In this document: piece by piece, positions 40,701-55,512 of the stretch
Layout: every line of letters begins with the position of its first letter
How positions within the stretch are numbered: the first letter of the stretch is position 1
NCBI RefSeq assembly: GCF_009914755.1
Contig: NC_060938.1
DNA: 64,000 bases
Strand: one strand, 5' to 3'
Source: the human T2T-CHM13v2.0 reference genome, Homo sapiens
Translations under genes and position numbers: made by a program
The notes under the pieces: model-generated
Told to the model about the DNA's origin: nothing
Seen by the model: the letters and a program-made list of their open reading frames with translations, nothing else
The model's database searches: none

Positions 40701-41332
40701 AACTCTGGTTCCACATTCACATGTAGCAGTGCTTGGCCAAAGCTGAAAAGCAGCTGTCTGTTTAGTCAGGGCATAGGCTGTGGCCCTTGAACTGATTCCT
40801 ACCACTCACACTTATAATGGGCTACTTCACTTATTATGTTGCCTACCTGCAATTTCAGTGAATATGTTTATCCCATTTGTTAGCACTGTTAATATTGAAT
40901 GAAAATAAAATTTTCCTCTGGATTTATAAAAAAGGCTTTGGATTCCTTGTCACCCAAATTTAGCATCCTGTTTTAAAAGCGTGTTTATCAGAATTTGTAC
41001 GTTTCTATAGCTTTTAGATCCTTAAGCTTTCTGAAGTGAGTAAATGTCAACCCTTGATTGGCATAATGTCCAAATAAAGACAAGGATAAGCATTGAGTTA
41101 TATATTCTTCACAGAGAAAATACAGAAAAAAGTATTCCATTTAAATTTGAATACCAATTAAATGGAATATTTAATAAGCACCATTATTAATAGTTAAAAT
41201 TCCTCAAATATTTCACCCTAACACTAAGAAAGCTATTTAGACATTCAAACACTGAAAATAAAAGCTAAATAAGATGGATGTGTTATGGCTTTAAGTGGAG
41301 CCCCTTTTTCATAAAAATAAGTTATAAAATCC

Positions 41333-41595
41333 TTTTTTTTTTTTCCTTAGAGATGGAGTCTTGCCCTGGCCCCCAGGCTAGAGTGCAATCATTATCATAG
41401 CTCATTGCAGCTTCAGCCTCCCAATTAGCTAGGACTATAGGTGTGCTACCACACCCAGCTAATTTTCTTTTAATTTTATAGAGATGGAATCTCACTATGT
41501 TGCCCAGGCTGGTCTCAAACTTTGAGCCTCAAGTGATCCTCTTGCCTGGCCCTCCCAAAGTGCTGGGATTACAGGTGTGAGCCACTGCATCCTGC
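41333..41595 (-). mobile_element. AluJ (internally deleted)
   Basis: Diverged Alu with J diagnostics. Confidence 0.85.
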
Positions 41596-42099
41596 TTTTA
41601 ACATGTTAAAATGAAGTTTATGTCATACACTCTTAACATGACTTTGGAATGATCAAAGAATTTTTACACAAAACTCAAAAATTTAAGTCGAATGTGTGCA
41701 GAATCCCAGAGGCTCTTCTGCAAAGTACTAGGAAGTCACACATAGTCGTTTAAAAACTATTGTTCAATTACTAACCAGCCGAAGATGAAAATACTTAGAA
41801 GATTAATAAACAGTTTACTTAAACTAGAGATTACTTTGCTGTTTGTTCCCTCCCTTCTTAAAATATATTTAATTCTGAAAGAGATATATGGAACCATTGA
41901 AGCCGGAAATTATCTTGATGCCTCAGCCATATTTGTGCTCTGTCCACCATGAAGTCTCAGGTGAATGATAGGGTAGAAAATAATATGTTTTGTCCATGGC
42001 AGCTGCTGTAGGACAAGGAAATAAAGATCTCTACCTTAAAGTAGAGATTTCAAGCTTTCTGGAGTTGCATTACCTAAAAATTGCAAAATATCTTTTTTA

Positions 42100-42385
42100 T
42101 TATTTTATTTTTTTAGAGAAAAGTTTTTGCTCTTTCACTCAGGCTGACTGGAGCAGTGGCACAGTCATGGCTCACTGGAGCCTTGAATTCTGGGGCTCAA
42201 GTGGTCCTCCCACTTCAGCTTCCCGAGTAGTGGGGACCACAGGCATACCACCATACTTGGTTAATATATTTTCCTTTTTTTTTTTTTTTTTTTTTTTGGT
42301 AGAGATGGTGTCTCACTGTGGTGCCCAGCCTGGTTTCAAACTCCTGGCCTCAATTGATCGTTCTGGGCCTCCAAAAATGCTGAAA
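42100..42385 (-). mobile_element. AluJ (degenerate)
   Basis: Diverged dimeric Alu. Confidence 0.8.
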
Positions 42386-43384
42386 TCACCAAAATATCTT
42401 TTATTTGATTTCATAAAACATATTATCCAGCCTCTGGGATAGGATACTTGGCACAGACATTTAATTTTCTGAGTTTCATCGTTCTGTTTTATTTTGTTTT
42501 GAGAATTTGGTGGAGATGCTGGAGATCATGAAAAATATTGAGATGTTCCCAACCAGATGTGCAAAATTTTACCTTATGGTATCTTACAATGTTCTTTCTT
42601 GCATCTTAATTCTGATAAAAATGTCATCAAAAATGAACATTGGTCTGGCCAGTAAATATAGTTCAGATAGATTGAGTGCTTCCACAGAAAACATACTAGA
42701 CATTTAAATGTATTTCCACATTAGATTATAAAATCCAAGGTACCAGAGCTTGTATCTGGCTAGGTCATCATTTCATTTCATTTCTCAACATAATACATGG
42801 CCAGAATATATGTCTGAAAAAATATTTGTTAAATGAATCCCTACTACTTTTTAATGACCTATTAATTGCATCCTTAATATGTAAGAATTCAGAAGCTTTC
42901 AGATATACATTCACTGTAATTAAGACAGATGCAAACTACTCAGGAAGTGTCAAATATGCAAAGTTTACTTTACAGTGAAGCCAGCTATATCATGATGTGT
43001 AGCCCTTATTTTACTATTTTTAGATCAGTGTTTCTCAATATCTTCAAATTAAATGTACCCAAATCACCATATTTGCTGAACTAATAGTTGTAGTACCCTT
43101 TAGTATGTTGTTTAATAGTCCATGTAGAATAAGCAATTATTTTCAGACAGGTGCTATACTTTTGTAGACAAAACAGAATGAAATTTTAAAATATTTTTCA
43201 AGTAGTGGAATTACTACGTAATATATGAAAACATGCTCAACCTCATTATTAATCAGGAAAATTAAATTTAAGCCATAGTAAGAGAGTTCATATCTATCAG
43301 ATTAAAGCAATGTAAATATCTGATAATAACAGATTTGTCAGGATATGAAGCAATGGTACTCTCATCTTCTTTGGTAGGTGTATA

Positions 43385-45855
43385 AGGCCAATATCCCTGA
43401 AGAACACAGATGCAAAAAGCCTTAACAAAATACTAACACACTGAGTCTAGCAGTATATCAAAAAGCTAATTCACTAGGATCAAGTAGGCTTTATTTATGG
43501 AATGCAAGGTTGGTTCAACACATTCACAAATCAGTCAGTGTGATATACCACATAAACAGAACCCAAAACAAAAACCATAAAATCATGTCAGTAGATACAG
43601 AAAAAGCCTTTAATAAAATGCAGCATCCCTTCATGACAAAAACCCTCAACAGATTAGGCATTGAAGAAACATACCTCAAAATAGTAAGAGCCAATTATGA
43701 CAAACCCATAGCCAACATTATACTGAATGGGCAAAAGCTGGAACCATTCCCCTTGAGAACTGGGACAAGACAAAGATACCCATTCTTACCACTCCTATTC
43801 AACGTAGAACTGGAAGTCTTAGCCAGAGCAACCAGGCAGTAGAAAGAAATAAAAGACATCCAAATAGGAAAAGTAGAGGTCAAGTTATCTCTCTTTTTAA
43901 GTGATATGATTCTAGAATTAGAAAACCCAAAAGTCTCTGCCAACAAGGTTCCTGGAACTGATAAACAAATTAAGTGAAGGTTCATGATAGAAAAATGTAC
44001 AAAAATCTGTTGCATTTTTAAATGCCAATAATGTTCTAGTTAAGAGCCAAATCAAGAACACAATCCCATTTACAGTAGCCACAAAGAAAATGAAATACCT
44101 AGGAATTCATCTGACGAAAGAGATGAATGATCTTTATAAGGAGAACTACAGAACACTGTTGAAAGAAATCAGAGACAACACAAATAAATGGAAAAATATC
44201 CCATGCTCATGGATTGGAAAAATAGAGTCAAAATGGCTATATTGCCCAAAGCAATTTACAGATTCAACACTATCCTTATCAGAATACCAATGTCATTTTT
44301 CATGGAATTAAGAAAAATCTATTCTAAAATTCATTTGGAACCAAAAAAGAGCCCAAATAGCCAAAGCAATTCTAAACAAACAAAAAAGCAAAGCCAGATG
44401 CATCACATTGCCTGACTTCAAACTATACTATGAGGCTACAGTAAATCAAAACAGCATTGCACTGGTATAAAAAGAGATATATAAACCAGGGGAACAGAAT
44501 AAAGAACCCAGAAATAAACCTGTGCACTTACCATAATCTGATCTTTGAAAAAATCAACAAAAATCAGCAATGGGGAAAGGACTCTATATTTAATAAATGG
44601 TGCTGGGATAACTGTTTAGCCATATGCAGAAAGAGACTGGACCCCTACCTCTTGTCATATATGAAAATTAACTCAAGATGAGTCAAAGATTTAAAGTAAG
44701 ACCACAAACTATAAAAATCCTAGAAGAAAATCTAGGAAAATACTCTTCTGAACATAAGCTTGGGCACGTAATTTATGGCTAAGTCCCAAAAGCAATTGCA
44801 GCAAAAACAGAAAATAGACAAGTGGGATCTAATGAAACTAAAGAATATCTGCACAGCAAAAGAAACTACCAACAGAGTAAAACAGACAGTCTACAGAATG
44901 GGAGAAAATATGCCCAAGCTATGCATCTGACGAATGTCTAATATCCAGAATCTACAAGAAAATTAAACAAATTAATAAGCAAAAAAAACAAAAAATCCAA
45001 TTAAAAATGGGAAAAGGATATAAACAGACACTTCTCAGAAGGAGACATACAAGCATCCAATGAACATATGGAGAAATGCTGAACATCACTAATCTTCAGA
45101 TAAATGCAAACCAAAACCACAATGAGATACCATCTCACCAGATTATTAAAAATTATTAAAAATTCAACAAACAACATGTTGGTGAGGCTGAGGAGAAAAG
45201 GGAATGCTTATACACTGTTGGAGGGAATGCAAACTAGTTCAGTCACTGTGGAAAGCATTTTGGAGATTTCTCAAATAACTCACTAATAAAATAGAACTAC
45301 CATTCGACCCAGCAATGTAATGAGTATATAATCAAAGGAAAATAATTCATTCTATCAAAAAGTCACATTATACCCATATGTTCGTTGCAGCTCTATTCAC
45401 CATAACAAAGACATGGAATAAACCCAGATGCCCATCAACAGTGAATTGGAGAAAGAAAATGTGGTACATATATACCACGGAATACTATGCCACCATAAAC
45501 AGGAATGAAATCATGTCCTTTGCTGCAACACGAATGGAGCTGAAGGCCATTATCCTAGGCAAATTAATGCAGGAAAAGAAAACCAAATACCACATGTTCT
45601 CACTTGTAAGTGGGAGCTAAACATTGAAGGTACATGAACATAAAGATGAAAGCAATAGACACTGGGGACTACAAGACAGCAGAGGGAGGGAGCAGATGTG
45701 GGCTGAAGAACCATCTGTTATGTACTATTGTTTATTGCCTGGGTGATAGAATGGTTGGGACCCCAAGACTCAGCGTCATGCAGTTTACCCATATAGCAAA
45801 CCTGTACATGTACGCTTTAATCTATAGTAAAAGTTGAAATTAATTTATAAAAGAA
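43385..45855 (+). mobile_element. 5'-truncated old primate L1 (L1PA16/17-like), nested in L1ME remnants
   Basis: Fragmented ORF2 RT/C-terminal translations with stops and frameshifts; 3'UTR ctcagcgtcatgcagtttacccat...aaagttgaa. Confidence 0.9.
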
Positions 45856-48404
45856 AATAGTTTATAGTAGACATTCAGGCTGTTCACAGATATTTCTTCT
45901 TCTTCTTTTCTGGGCTTGCACTAAAATGTTTACCACCCCCTTAAAGTTAAATGTGACTATGCAACCTGTATACTTTTCAAGTGGGAGACTTTAAGAGCTG
46001 CTGAGTGATTAAGGAGGTGTTTCCCCTTTTTTTGTGGTGACTGGCAGCGTATTCTTAGGGAGGATAATGTGAAAGAGAGACTCTCCCTACTCAACCCCCT
46101 AGCTAAGATGAAAACATAACATGAGCAACAAATAAACCTTTGATGTTTTAACCGCTAAGATTGTGGAGGTTGTCCAAGCCCATTCCCACTGCTCTAGCTT
46201 ACTAAGTAAAGTCAAACATTTTTGTGTTTATTACCCAGCAATTTCAATCGATGGCATTTGCCCATTTGAGTATATGTATAAGGAAGCAGGTAGAAGGATG
46301 TTTACAAGAACATTGTGGTAATAGAAAGAAGAGGAAAAAATGGAGTATCCGTAAACTATAAAAGAATAAACTCTAATATATTCATACAACAGAATCCTGT
46401 AGAGCAGAGAAAACTAATGAAACATAGCCAAATGCATCAACAAAGATGAATCTCTAAGTATATTATTGAATGTAAGAAGCAAGTCAGAATAGTACAATTC
46501 ATGTTAAATGCAAAGTGTGAAGAGTTGATGGAAATTATAAGAATCCATGCATAGGTTGTAAAAATATACAGAAAACCTAAGAAATGATTAATATGAAATT
46601 CAGGATTGTGATGTTCTCTTCTCCACTATCTCTATATAGAGTAGAAGACAGAGAAATGTACTCAAGAAGTAGAGGGCTTTTAACAGGCAGTGTTTTATTT
46701 CTTAACCCAAATAATGGATATGTCTGTGTTCATGTTAATGCACTATAACTTGTCCTTACATGTTTTATATATTCCTCTCCATGTATTCCATATTTCACAG
46801 ATAAAACTATTTTAAAGCCATCAATAATAATCCTGACAAAGAGCAGCCCATAAAATAGGTTGAATAATATTTTGTGGAGTAGCCTATATAATTCCTTAAG
46901 AAAAGTTTGATTTTGTTGTTCAGGGACACAGATAGAGATGAAATAAGTGATATCCTAATTTTGCTTTGGATGATTTTTGTGAGAAGTTGGGCAATGTTTT
47001 ATTAGCTCGATTTACATTTTTAGGTTTATGAAGTACCAGTATATTTGAAGATTAGTGTTTACAAAACACCTTGCATCTGAAATAGTACCATATTCTGTAT
47101 TAAAATATGATACTACTGTTGAAAATAATATATTAAAAATATGCCATAGCTTCTGACTAATGAGCATTCCTGAATGAGTAATGGGAGTATTGGCAATCTA
47201 GATCGTTATTGGATTGGTTCTGAGTGATGATATGAAACATTTAGCTTAATGGAAGAGATAAAAAATGAGAGCAATTAGATAGATTTTTGAAAGCTGAAAG
47301 TTCAAACAAATACCAAACTCTGAAAACACTTTCATAGTGCTTTTTACATGATGAAAAAAATCTGCCAGGGGCATACAAATCCATAGGAAGAGTGTTTTGA
47401 ACAGAGAAAAAAAATGTAGCCTTGCTTAGGATGTTAGCACCAAATGTCAAAATGCCATGCTGCTGGCTTTTGGTGTTAACTTTTGTAGATTACGAGTAAC
47501 CCTCCATACAATTTTAGTTTTTCAAAGGGTCGTAAAAAAAAAAAAAGGTCCCTGCCAACATCACACCTAAATTAACAGTTTTCCATTTTTTTAAATGAGC
47601 AGGATTTAGTACAGTGCTTTCCTTAAAGGCAGGACATTAAAGACAGGCTGTTAAGTCAGGCCTGACTAAAACAGGGGTTTGAGGACTGACTCCAAGGTGG
47701 GTGAACACAGCATCTGAAGCATGACAGTATCAGGTAGGAGCTGAGTTAATGCTATCCATGGAGAGTAATGTGACTGATGAAAGCACCCTAGTAGTGGTAT
47801 CTAAAAAACGGCCAAATTTAATGCCAAAGAAGCCTATCTGAGTTCAAATCAGACCTCAGTCAAAGCCACGGGTATAGGTATGTTTCTAGAAAAGAGAAGT
47901 AGATTAGGATTAGGCAAGCTGGAAGGCTGAGTAGGATTTGCTAACAGGAAGTTAGAATGTGAATCTGAACCCAAAGCAGGCTGCTAATCATAAAGAAAAA
48001 GTATACAATGTAGCTGTTTGCTCCATCTGAGTAACATAAACGTCTAGGGCATTCATACCAAGAGCGTTATGTGTATGTCCTAAACTCTTCTCAGCTAGGA
48101 ATGGAAATTTGAGTAGTCTACCAGGCTTCTGTGATTCCCAGCTTTTGAACCACATAGAGTTAAATTTGCAGGATTCTGAAGGACTTCTGTACTTGTAATT
48201 GGCCAGACCCAAAAGGAAGGGACTGATTATAAAAACCATCTTTTTAATGGTTACAGATAGTCAAAACTTTTGATTCTACTTGCTGCTTCCTGGAACTCAG
48301 CCTGCATGCTGTGAGAAGCCCAAGGCAGACCGAGGAATCACAAAGATGAGAACAGAGGCATTCTAGGTATATTAAGCACTGACAACCCCATGAGTGGGTA
48401 ATTT

Positions 48405-48885
48405 TGGTAGCCACCTTCCAATATGGCATCCAATAAAGGCTGCTTCCTGGTAGTCACATCCCTGTGTAGTTCTCTTGCACATTGTATCAGTGTTAGTTTG
48501 TTTGAATACTACAGAGGTGATGATTGTCACTTCCAAGATTACATTATAAAATGCACTGTGGTTTCCATCTTGGTGGCCCTCTCTCAGATCACTCTCTCTG
48601 GGGGAAGCCAGCTGTTATGTTCTGAGGACACTCAGGTAGCCTATGGAGAGGCCTATTTGGTGAGGAACTGAGGCTCACCATGAAGTGAGTCTCTCTTACT
48701 TCAAATGACTGCAAATTTAGCTGATAGCTTGCCTCAACTACAGGAGAGACCCTGAGACAGAACCACCCAGTTAAGCTTCTCTTGGATTCTAGATCCACAA
48801 AATCTGTGAGATAACAAATTTTTGTATTCTCAAGCTGCCAAGTTCTGGAGTAACACATTGTACAGCAATTAATAACTAAAGCATA
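48405..48885 (+). mobile_element. MLT1F-like LTR nested in the 5' LTR of the provirus
   Basis: cagatcactctctctgggggaagccagctg and MLT1 terminal motifs. Confidence 0.65.
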
Positions 48886-49449
48886 CATATTAAGCATTTC
48901 AGGTCAATTGAGACTCCAGATGATTGTAGCCCCAGCTGACATGTGGAATAGAAGATGCCATCTGAGCTAAGTTAACCTTAAGTCATGATAGACAATAAAC
49001 CAGTTGTTACATTAAGCCATTAAGTTTGCAGAGTTTTTGCAGCAATAGATAACTATAACAGAAATTGATAACTAGAAGTGGGGCACTGCTCTAACAAAAA
49101 CCTAAAATATGTGACATTGACTTTGGGACCAGTCAGTGGCTATCAGCCAAAGGAGCCTCAAAGAAACAGTTAATGGCAGCTGTAAGATAGCAAGGAAATT
49201 GTTATTGGAGCCTGGGGGAGAGGTGACTCTGTTCTGCCCTATTGAGGAGTGGCAGAATGTTTGACAATGCTGTAACTTGCAGCAATATAAAAGATAGAAA
49301 ATATATCTAATGAACCTCTGTATTTGGCTAATGAGATATCCACACAGAATGTTGAAAGTGCCAACTGGTTTCTTTTAGTTGTGTATGATCATTAATAGGG
49401 TAAAATAAACTAAAGAAGGAACTGTTCAATTTTCAACCAGTGTCTAGAG

Positions 49450-49672
49450 TGTGAGTCAGCAAACATCTTCTGTATTGGATCAGATAGCAAATATTTTAGG
49501 CTTTTCAAGCTGTATGGTGTCTGTAGCAACTGCTCAAGTCTGTAGTTATAGCATAAAATATATCTAGACAATGTGTAAATGAATGGGTATAGCTGTGTTC
49601 CAAAAAAACTTTGTTGACCAAAGCAGGCGACAGTCTGCATTTTACCTGTGGGCCAAAGTCTACCCACCTCTG
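49450..49672 (+). mobile_element. MER58A-like hAT-Charlie MITE
   Basis: Typical sequence; 8-bp TSD gtctagag/atctagaa. Confidence 0.8.
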
Positions 49673-51999
49673 ATCTAGAAGAAACACATGTGAACCAGTA
49701 TTTGTAGGTTGAAACATAAATTATTATTTTATCTAACTCCTTCAGCCCACAAAAACTTTCCAGAATAAATAAAAACCTGGAGACAAAGATCAGATTCATA
49801 GTGGTACCAGAACAGCCTCAGAATGAAAGTGAAGATCAGTTCAGGGTGTAATTGGAAGGCCCTTTGTACAGTCCTCAGAAAGACAAAGGGATTATCCCTT
49901 AGACTCTCATATAGATAATAGGGCTTTTAGAATCTTAAGGACTTGCCTTCTTTGACCTCTCACCTAGACAACAGAGTTTCTCACAGTCTTAAGGGAGTGC
50001 CTCTTAATCCCAAAAGAGATTTTTAAGAATGTAAAAGTATTGTCCCCATAGCACCCTGGTTCTAAGGCCAAGGTAGAGAGGAGTGTGTTCTAAAGAGTCT
50101 GTTTTAAAATAACGGTATAGACAGGAGGTTAAAAATTTTTAAAGAAATTTTAACAACTTGGAGTAAAAGAGACAGAAGTAGTTCAAATTGAAATAAGACC
50201 TCATGTGTTATTAATCTCCTATGAGAACATGATTTCACTGCAAACACATTCCATTTCTTATGGAAAGAGAAGGATGACTCAGAAGGCAGAGCTATGGGGA
50301 ACCACTCTTATGTAGCAGAAATTGACCCTAATAAAGAAATATTTTCTGCCCCTTGAAACAAAGAAAATGGTGACAAGTCTTGCTCGATCTCAGAATTGCT
50401 ATGAACTAGTAACTGCTATGGGACTCCTGTTTCACTGTTGGAGATTGGAGGTTTCTATTGTGGCTGCCATGACCCTTTTCCACTCTTGTATATTGTACAG
50501 GTCAGATAATGATTTTATTGGTGTTGTTTCATTTTTTTAGTTCACAATTGCTCCTGAGGACTGTGAAAAGTCTCCCCCATCTGCATCTACCTCTGTCAAT
50601 AGATGACAGGAGTGTTGGATATGAGCTGATACATAATGGAATGGGAATTTGTGGGGATCTTAGGATGTGGTGATTGTACTTGGTATGAGAATTGTTACTG
50701 CCAGAGGGCAGAATCCGGAATGCCTCTCCAAATTCTTCCCCTTCTTGTACATGCATGTTAGTCCTAGTATCAAGTGATGCAGTTTATCTCCCCTTTCCTA
50801 GACTATGGGCTGCTCTTGTGACTAACTCTGATCAGTCAAATGGCTATGAAACTGGTGAAATTGCTGCTTTGGGACTCAAAGGCCCAGAATTTAAGAGGAT
50901 TGGTAGTGTGGTAGATATAAGATATGCCCTTGTCAATAGACAGCAGCAGCTGGAAACCATGCGAATGAGCCATCTTGAACTTTCAGCCCTGCTAAACCAC
51001 CAGGTGATTGTACCCCACCTTGCTGACATCATACAGGTCAGAACCACCCAACTGAACCCAGTCAAACCATGGAAACATAAACAACAGTAAAATAATTGTT
51101 TTGAACGACTAAGTTTTGAGGTGGTGTATTATGCAGCAGTAGTTAACGGAAACATCTTCCCAGCAATCTCCTTGCTAAGCAAAAGTTTTTGGCAAATTGC
51201 CGCTGCAGCTACTTCCTCTGTTTACTGTTAACTGGTAATGTATTCCCCACCTTTCTATCCCCAGGTTATTGTGCACTTATTGTAAAACTCAGTATTCCTT
51301 TATCTTTTTGGATCTTCATCTATTTGGGAAACTATCTCCCAAATTTTATAAAAATATAAAAAACAAAGTCAGGATTTCTAAAAAGAGGAGGTTTAAGAAG
51401 AAAACTTTCAGACATTGCTCTTTGTCCTTTCTTCTTGCAGATACATATCTATTTCTAAAAAGAGGTACTTTGTCTTGCCCTTTCTTATGAACAACAAGCA
51501 AGGGGTTAAGGTATATTCATCTCTTTTACTTTCCATAAAAGGAAAAACAGATTTTGCTTGTCTATATCAGAAGGTCTTAGTCCAAAGTAGGATATTTTCC
51601 TAAGATTCTGCTGTAACCAGTAGTATTTGACAATCTGTTATGCCTTGAGCAGACTTTGAGAAATGTGGTCTTAAATAATTAATTTTTAATGGTAGCTTTT
51701 CAGGGAAATTATTAAGTGGATAAGTTTGGAGTAGGATAATCTTTGAAGATTTTCAATATATTTCTAAATTGTTCCATAAGATAAGAAAAATCGGCTGCCT
51801 TATTTTCAGTTTCTGACTCTTTATTAACAGGGTAAGATAAAGTTGTCACTTTTAACTACGTGAAGATCTGTATATTGGTAAATGAATTATTAAGAATCTA
51901 CTATACATAATAGAAATTTTATTATATTAGCACCAGTGGTGCTGGGTATTTCATAAAGTTTTGGGTACTTTTGGTAATGTTTGTCTCTTATTTTTTTGA

Positions 52000-52389
<390 letters not shown>

Positions 52390-53074
52390 ACTATTGTCTT
52401 CTTTTATTCACAAAACTGCGCTTCTTTGGATGGTAAATTATGTGGTTACCTTATCTCAAGTGGCAGTCATATCTAAGACATAAAACTGGGCATACTTATA
52501 TCAAAAAATAATTAGACATATTTAAATATTTAAATATTTTAAAAGTTAGCATGTTTTGGCCACATAATATGATCAGAGTATTTAAGTGTATTTGAAAGCT
52601 TAAAAAAGGTTAGCATACATTTTAAAAAGAACCTACATAATTTTAGGCTTAATTGGTTTAAAATGCCCTTTCTCAAGTTGAAATAAATTATACTCCATAA
52701 GTTGACTTTAATAATTTTTGCCTATAGCATATTTTCCAGTTACTTGAAGAAGACAAATGAGGTTTGAAACCACAAGTAAATTAGAGGTTTTCTTGATCAG
52801 CAGTTACATAAATTAGAGGGAATGTCAGTTTTATATTAATATTTAATAATAAGTTGATTAAACTTTGATTGAAAACTTGTTTGTTTACATATTATGTAAA
52901 TTTATTTTGAAATAAGGTTTATGGATTTAGATGATGTTTACATATGTCAGTTTGTAAGTTTACCTGTGCCACATAAATTTTGGTGCTTATATGACAGACC
53001 CTAAACAAATTTGAATTTAGACAAAAATAGCAAAATGGTAGAATCAGTGATTAGAAAGATTTTCTTTCTTTTTT

Positions 53075-53480
53075 TAGAATAACTTCAACTTTTGTTTTAG
53101 ATTCAGAAGGTACATGTGCAGGTTTGTTACATGGGCATATAGTGTGAAGCTGAGGTTTGGGACATGAATTGTCCAGTCACTAAAGTAATAAGCAGATACC
53201 CAACAGTTAGGTTTTCAACCCTTGCTGGCCATCCTCCCCACTCACTCTGGTAGTCCCCAGTGGCTGTTATTGCCATCTTTATATCCATGTGTACCCAACG
53301 CTTAGCTTTCACTTATAAGTGAGAACATGTGGTATTTGGTCTTCTGTTCCCGCATTAGTTTGCTTAGGAAAATGACCTTCAGTTACATCTATGTTGCTGC
53401 AAAGAACATGACTTCATTTTTTTTATGGCTTTGTAGTGTTCCTTGGTGTGTATTTCATGTTCATTACTCAATCCATGATT
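53075..53480 (-). mobile_element. L1PA16-like 3' end
   Basis: ttcaacttttgttttagattcagaaggtacatgtgcaggtttgttacatggg. Confidence 0.85.
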
Positions 53481-53994
53481 GAAGGGAAAGATTTTCAAAC
53501 TTAAAGTTTAACCTTTCTCCCCATTAGTTTTATATTTTTAATTTTAAACAAGTGTCATATATACTGACATGAAAAAAATCTCTATTATTGTCGTTTTCTC
53601 TCTTGGAACCCTGTTTGCTAGCCCTATATCCTAGCCAGATCCATTTTCTGATCTTCTTTGCCTTGTGAATTTTATCCCTGTGAACTTTATGATGTGGTTT
53701 CCTTTGTCTTGCATGTCAGATAAAGGACTAGTATCCAAAATATAAAAAACTGTTAAAGCTCAACAGTAAGAAAACATATAACCCATCGAAAAAGTGGGCA
53801 AAATATCTAGACACTTCACCAGAGAATATAGACACGTGACAAATAAGCATATGAAAGATGTGCATAATTATTTCTTATAAGGGAATTCCAAATTAAAACA
53901 ACAATGCAACACCACTTTATAACTATTAGACTGACTAAAATCCCCCAAACTGACAATACAATTCTGATGACAATGAAGAGCAACAATTAATTCT

Positions 53995-55512
53995 CATTGT
54001 TAACCTGACTTCAACCTATACTATAAGGCTATAGTAACCAACACAGCATGGTACTGATACAAAAACAGGCACATATATAGAATAGAAATATCCTGTTTCT
54101 ATTCAGGAACAGAATAGAAAATTCAGAAATAAAGCTGCATACCTACAACTATCTGATGTTTGACAAAGCTGATGAAGATGAACCATGGGGAAAGGACTCC
54201 CTGTTCACTAGATGGTGATAGTATAACTGGCTAGCCACATGGAGAAGAATGAAACTGGATCTCTATCTTTTACTGTATACAAAAATTAACTCAAGATGAA
54301 TTTGTGATTTAAACATAAGACCTCAAACTATAAGAATCCTAGAAGAAAAACCATGAAATACCATTCTAAACATTTAGCCTTGGCAGAAATACCATTCTAA
54401 ACATTAGCTTTGGCAAGGAAGTCATGACTAAGTCCTCAGAAACAACAAATGAAAATTAACTAGTGGGACCTAATTAAACTAAAGGGCTTCTACACAGCAA
54501 AATAAACTATCAACAGAGTAGACAGACAGCCTACAGAATGAGAACAAATATTCCAAACTATGCATCTGACAAAGTTCTAATATCCAGAATCCATAAGGAA
54601 CTTTAATCAATTCAACATGCTAAAAACAAACCCATTAAAAAGTGAGAAAAGGACAGGACAGACATTTCTCAACAAGACATACAAGTGACCAACAAACATG
54701 AAACAATGCTCAACATCACTAGTAATCAGAGAAAAGCAAGTCAAAACCACAATGAGATATCTCTCACCCATCACAATGGCCATTTTCTAAAGTAAAAAAG
54801 AAAACAAAGCAAAACAAACCAAGAACAGATGCTGGCTAGGCTATGGAGGAAAGGAAACGCTACATACCCACTGTTGGTGGGAATGCAAGCTAGTTCAGTT
54901 ACTGTGGAAAGCAGTTTGAAGATTTCTCAAAGAACTTAAAACAGAGCTACCATTCAGCCCAGCAATCCCATTACTGAAGTATACACCCAAAGGAACATAA
55001 ATTGTTCTACCAAAAACACATGCACTTGTATATTCACTGAAGCACTATTTACAACAGCAAAGACATGGAATTAACGTAGATGCCCATTCAATGGTGGATT
55101 GGATAAAGAAAATGTGAGACATATACACCATGGCATATTATGCAGCCAGAAAAAAGAATGAAAGCATTTCCTTTGCAACAACATGGATACAGGCTGGAGA
55201 CCATTATCCTAAGCAAATTAATGCAGGAAAAGAAAAGTAAATACCACATGTTCTCATTTATAAGTGGAAGCTAAACACTGGGTACACATGGACATAAAGC
55301 TGGCAACAATAGACACTGGGGACTACCAGAAGGAGGAGGAATGGAGGGAGGCAAGGGTTGAAGAACTACCTATTGGGTACTAAGCTTACTACCTGGGTGA
55401 TAAGATCATTCATACCCCAAAACTCAGTGTCATGCAGTACACCTGTATAACAAACCTGTACATGTACCTCCTGAATCTAAAATAAAAGTTGAAGTTATTT
55501 TTTAAAAAAGAG
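53995..55512 (+). mobile_element. 5'-truncated L1PA16/17-like element nested in L1MC/MD remnants (about 53710-53995 and 55513-56430)
   Basis: Degenerate ORF2 C-terminus and 3'UTR ...tgaatctaaaataaaagttgaa. Confidence 0.85.

Larger units (their letters stand above)
48250..51155 (+). mobile_element. MLT1 (G/H-like) MaLR provirus: 5' LTR, internal region (about 49061-50710), 3' LTR
   Basis: LTR end gcagcaatagataactataaca followed by MLT1-int start gaaattgataactagaagtgggg; PPT-like ccagagggcaga; second LTR end gcagcagtagttaacggaaaca. Confidence 0.7.

Noticed and set aside
43510-45837. ORF2-like peptides
   Set aside because: Fragments of a dead, 5'-truncated old L1 with many stops and frameshifts.
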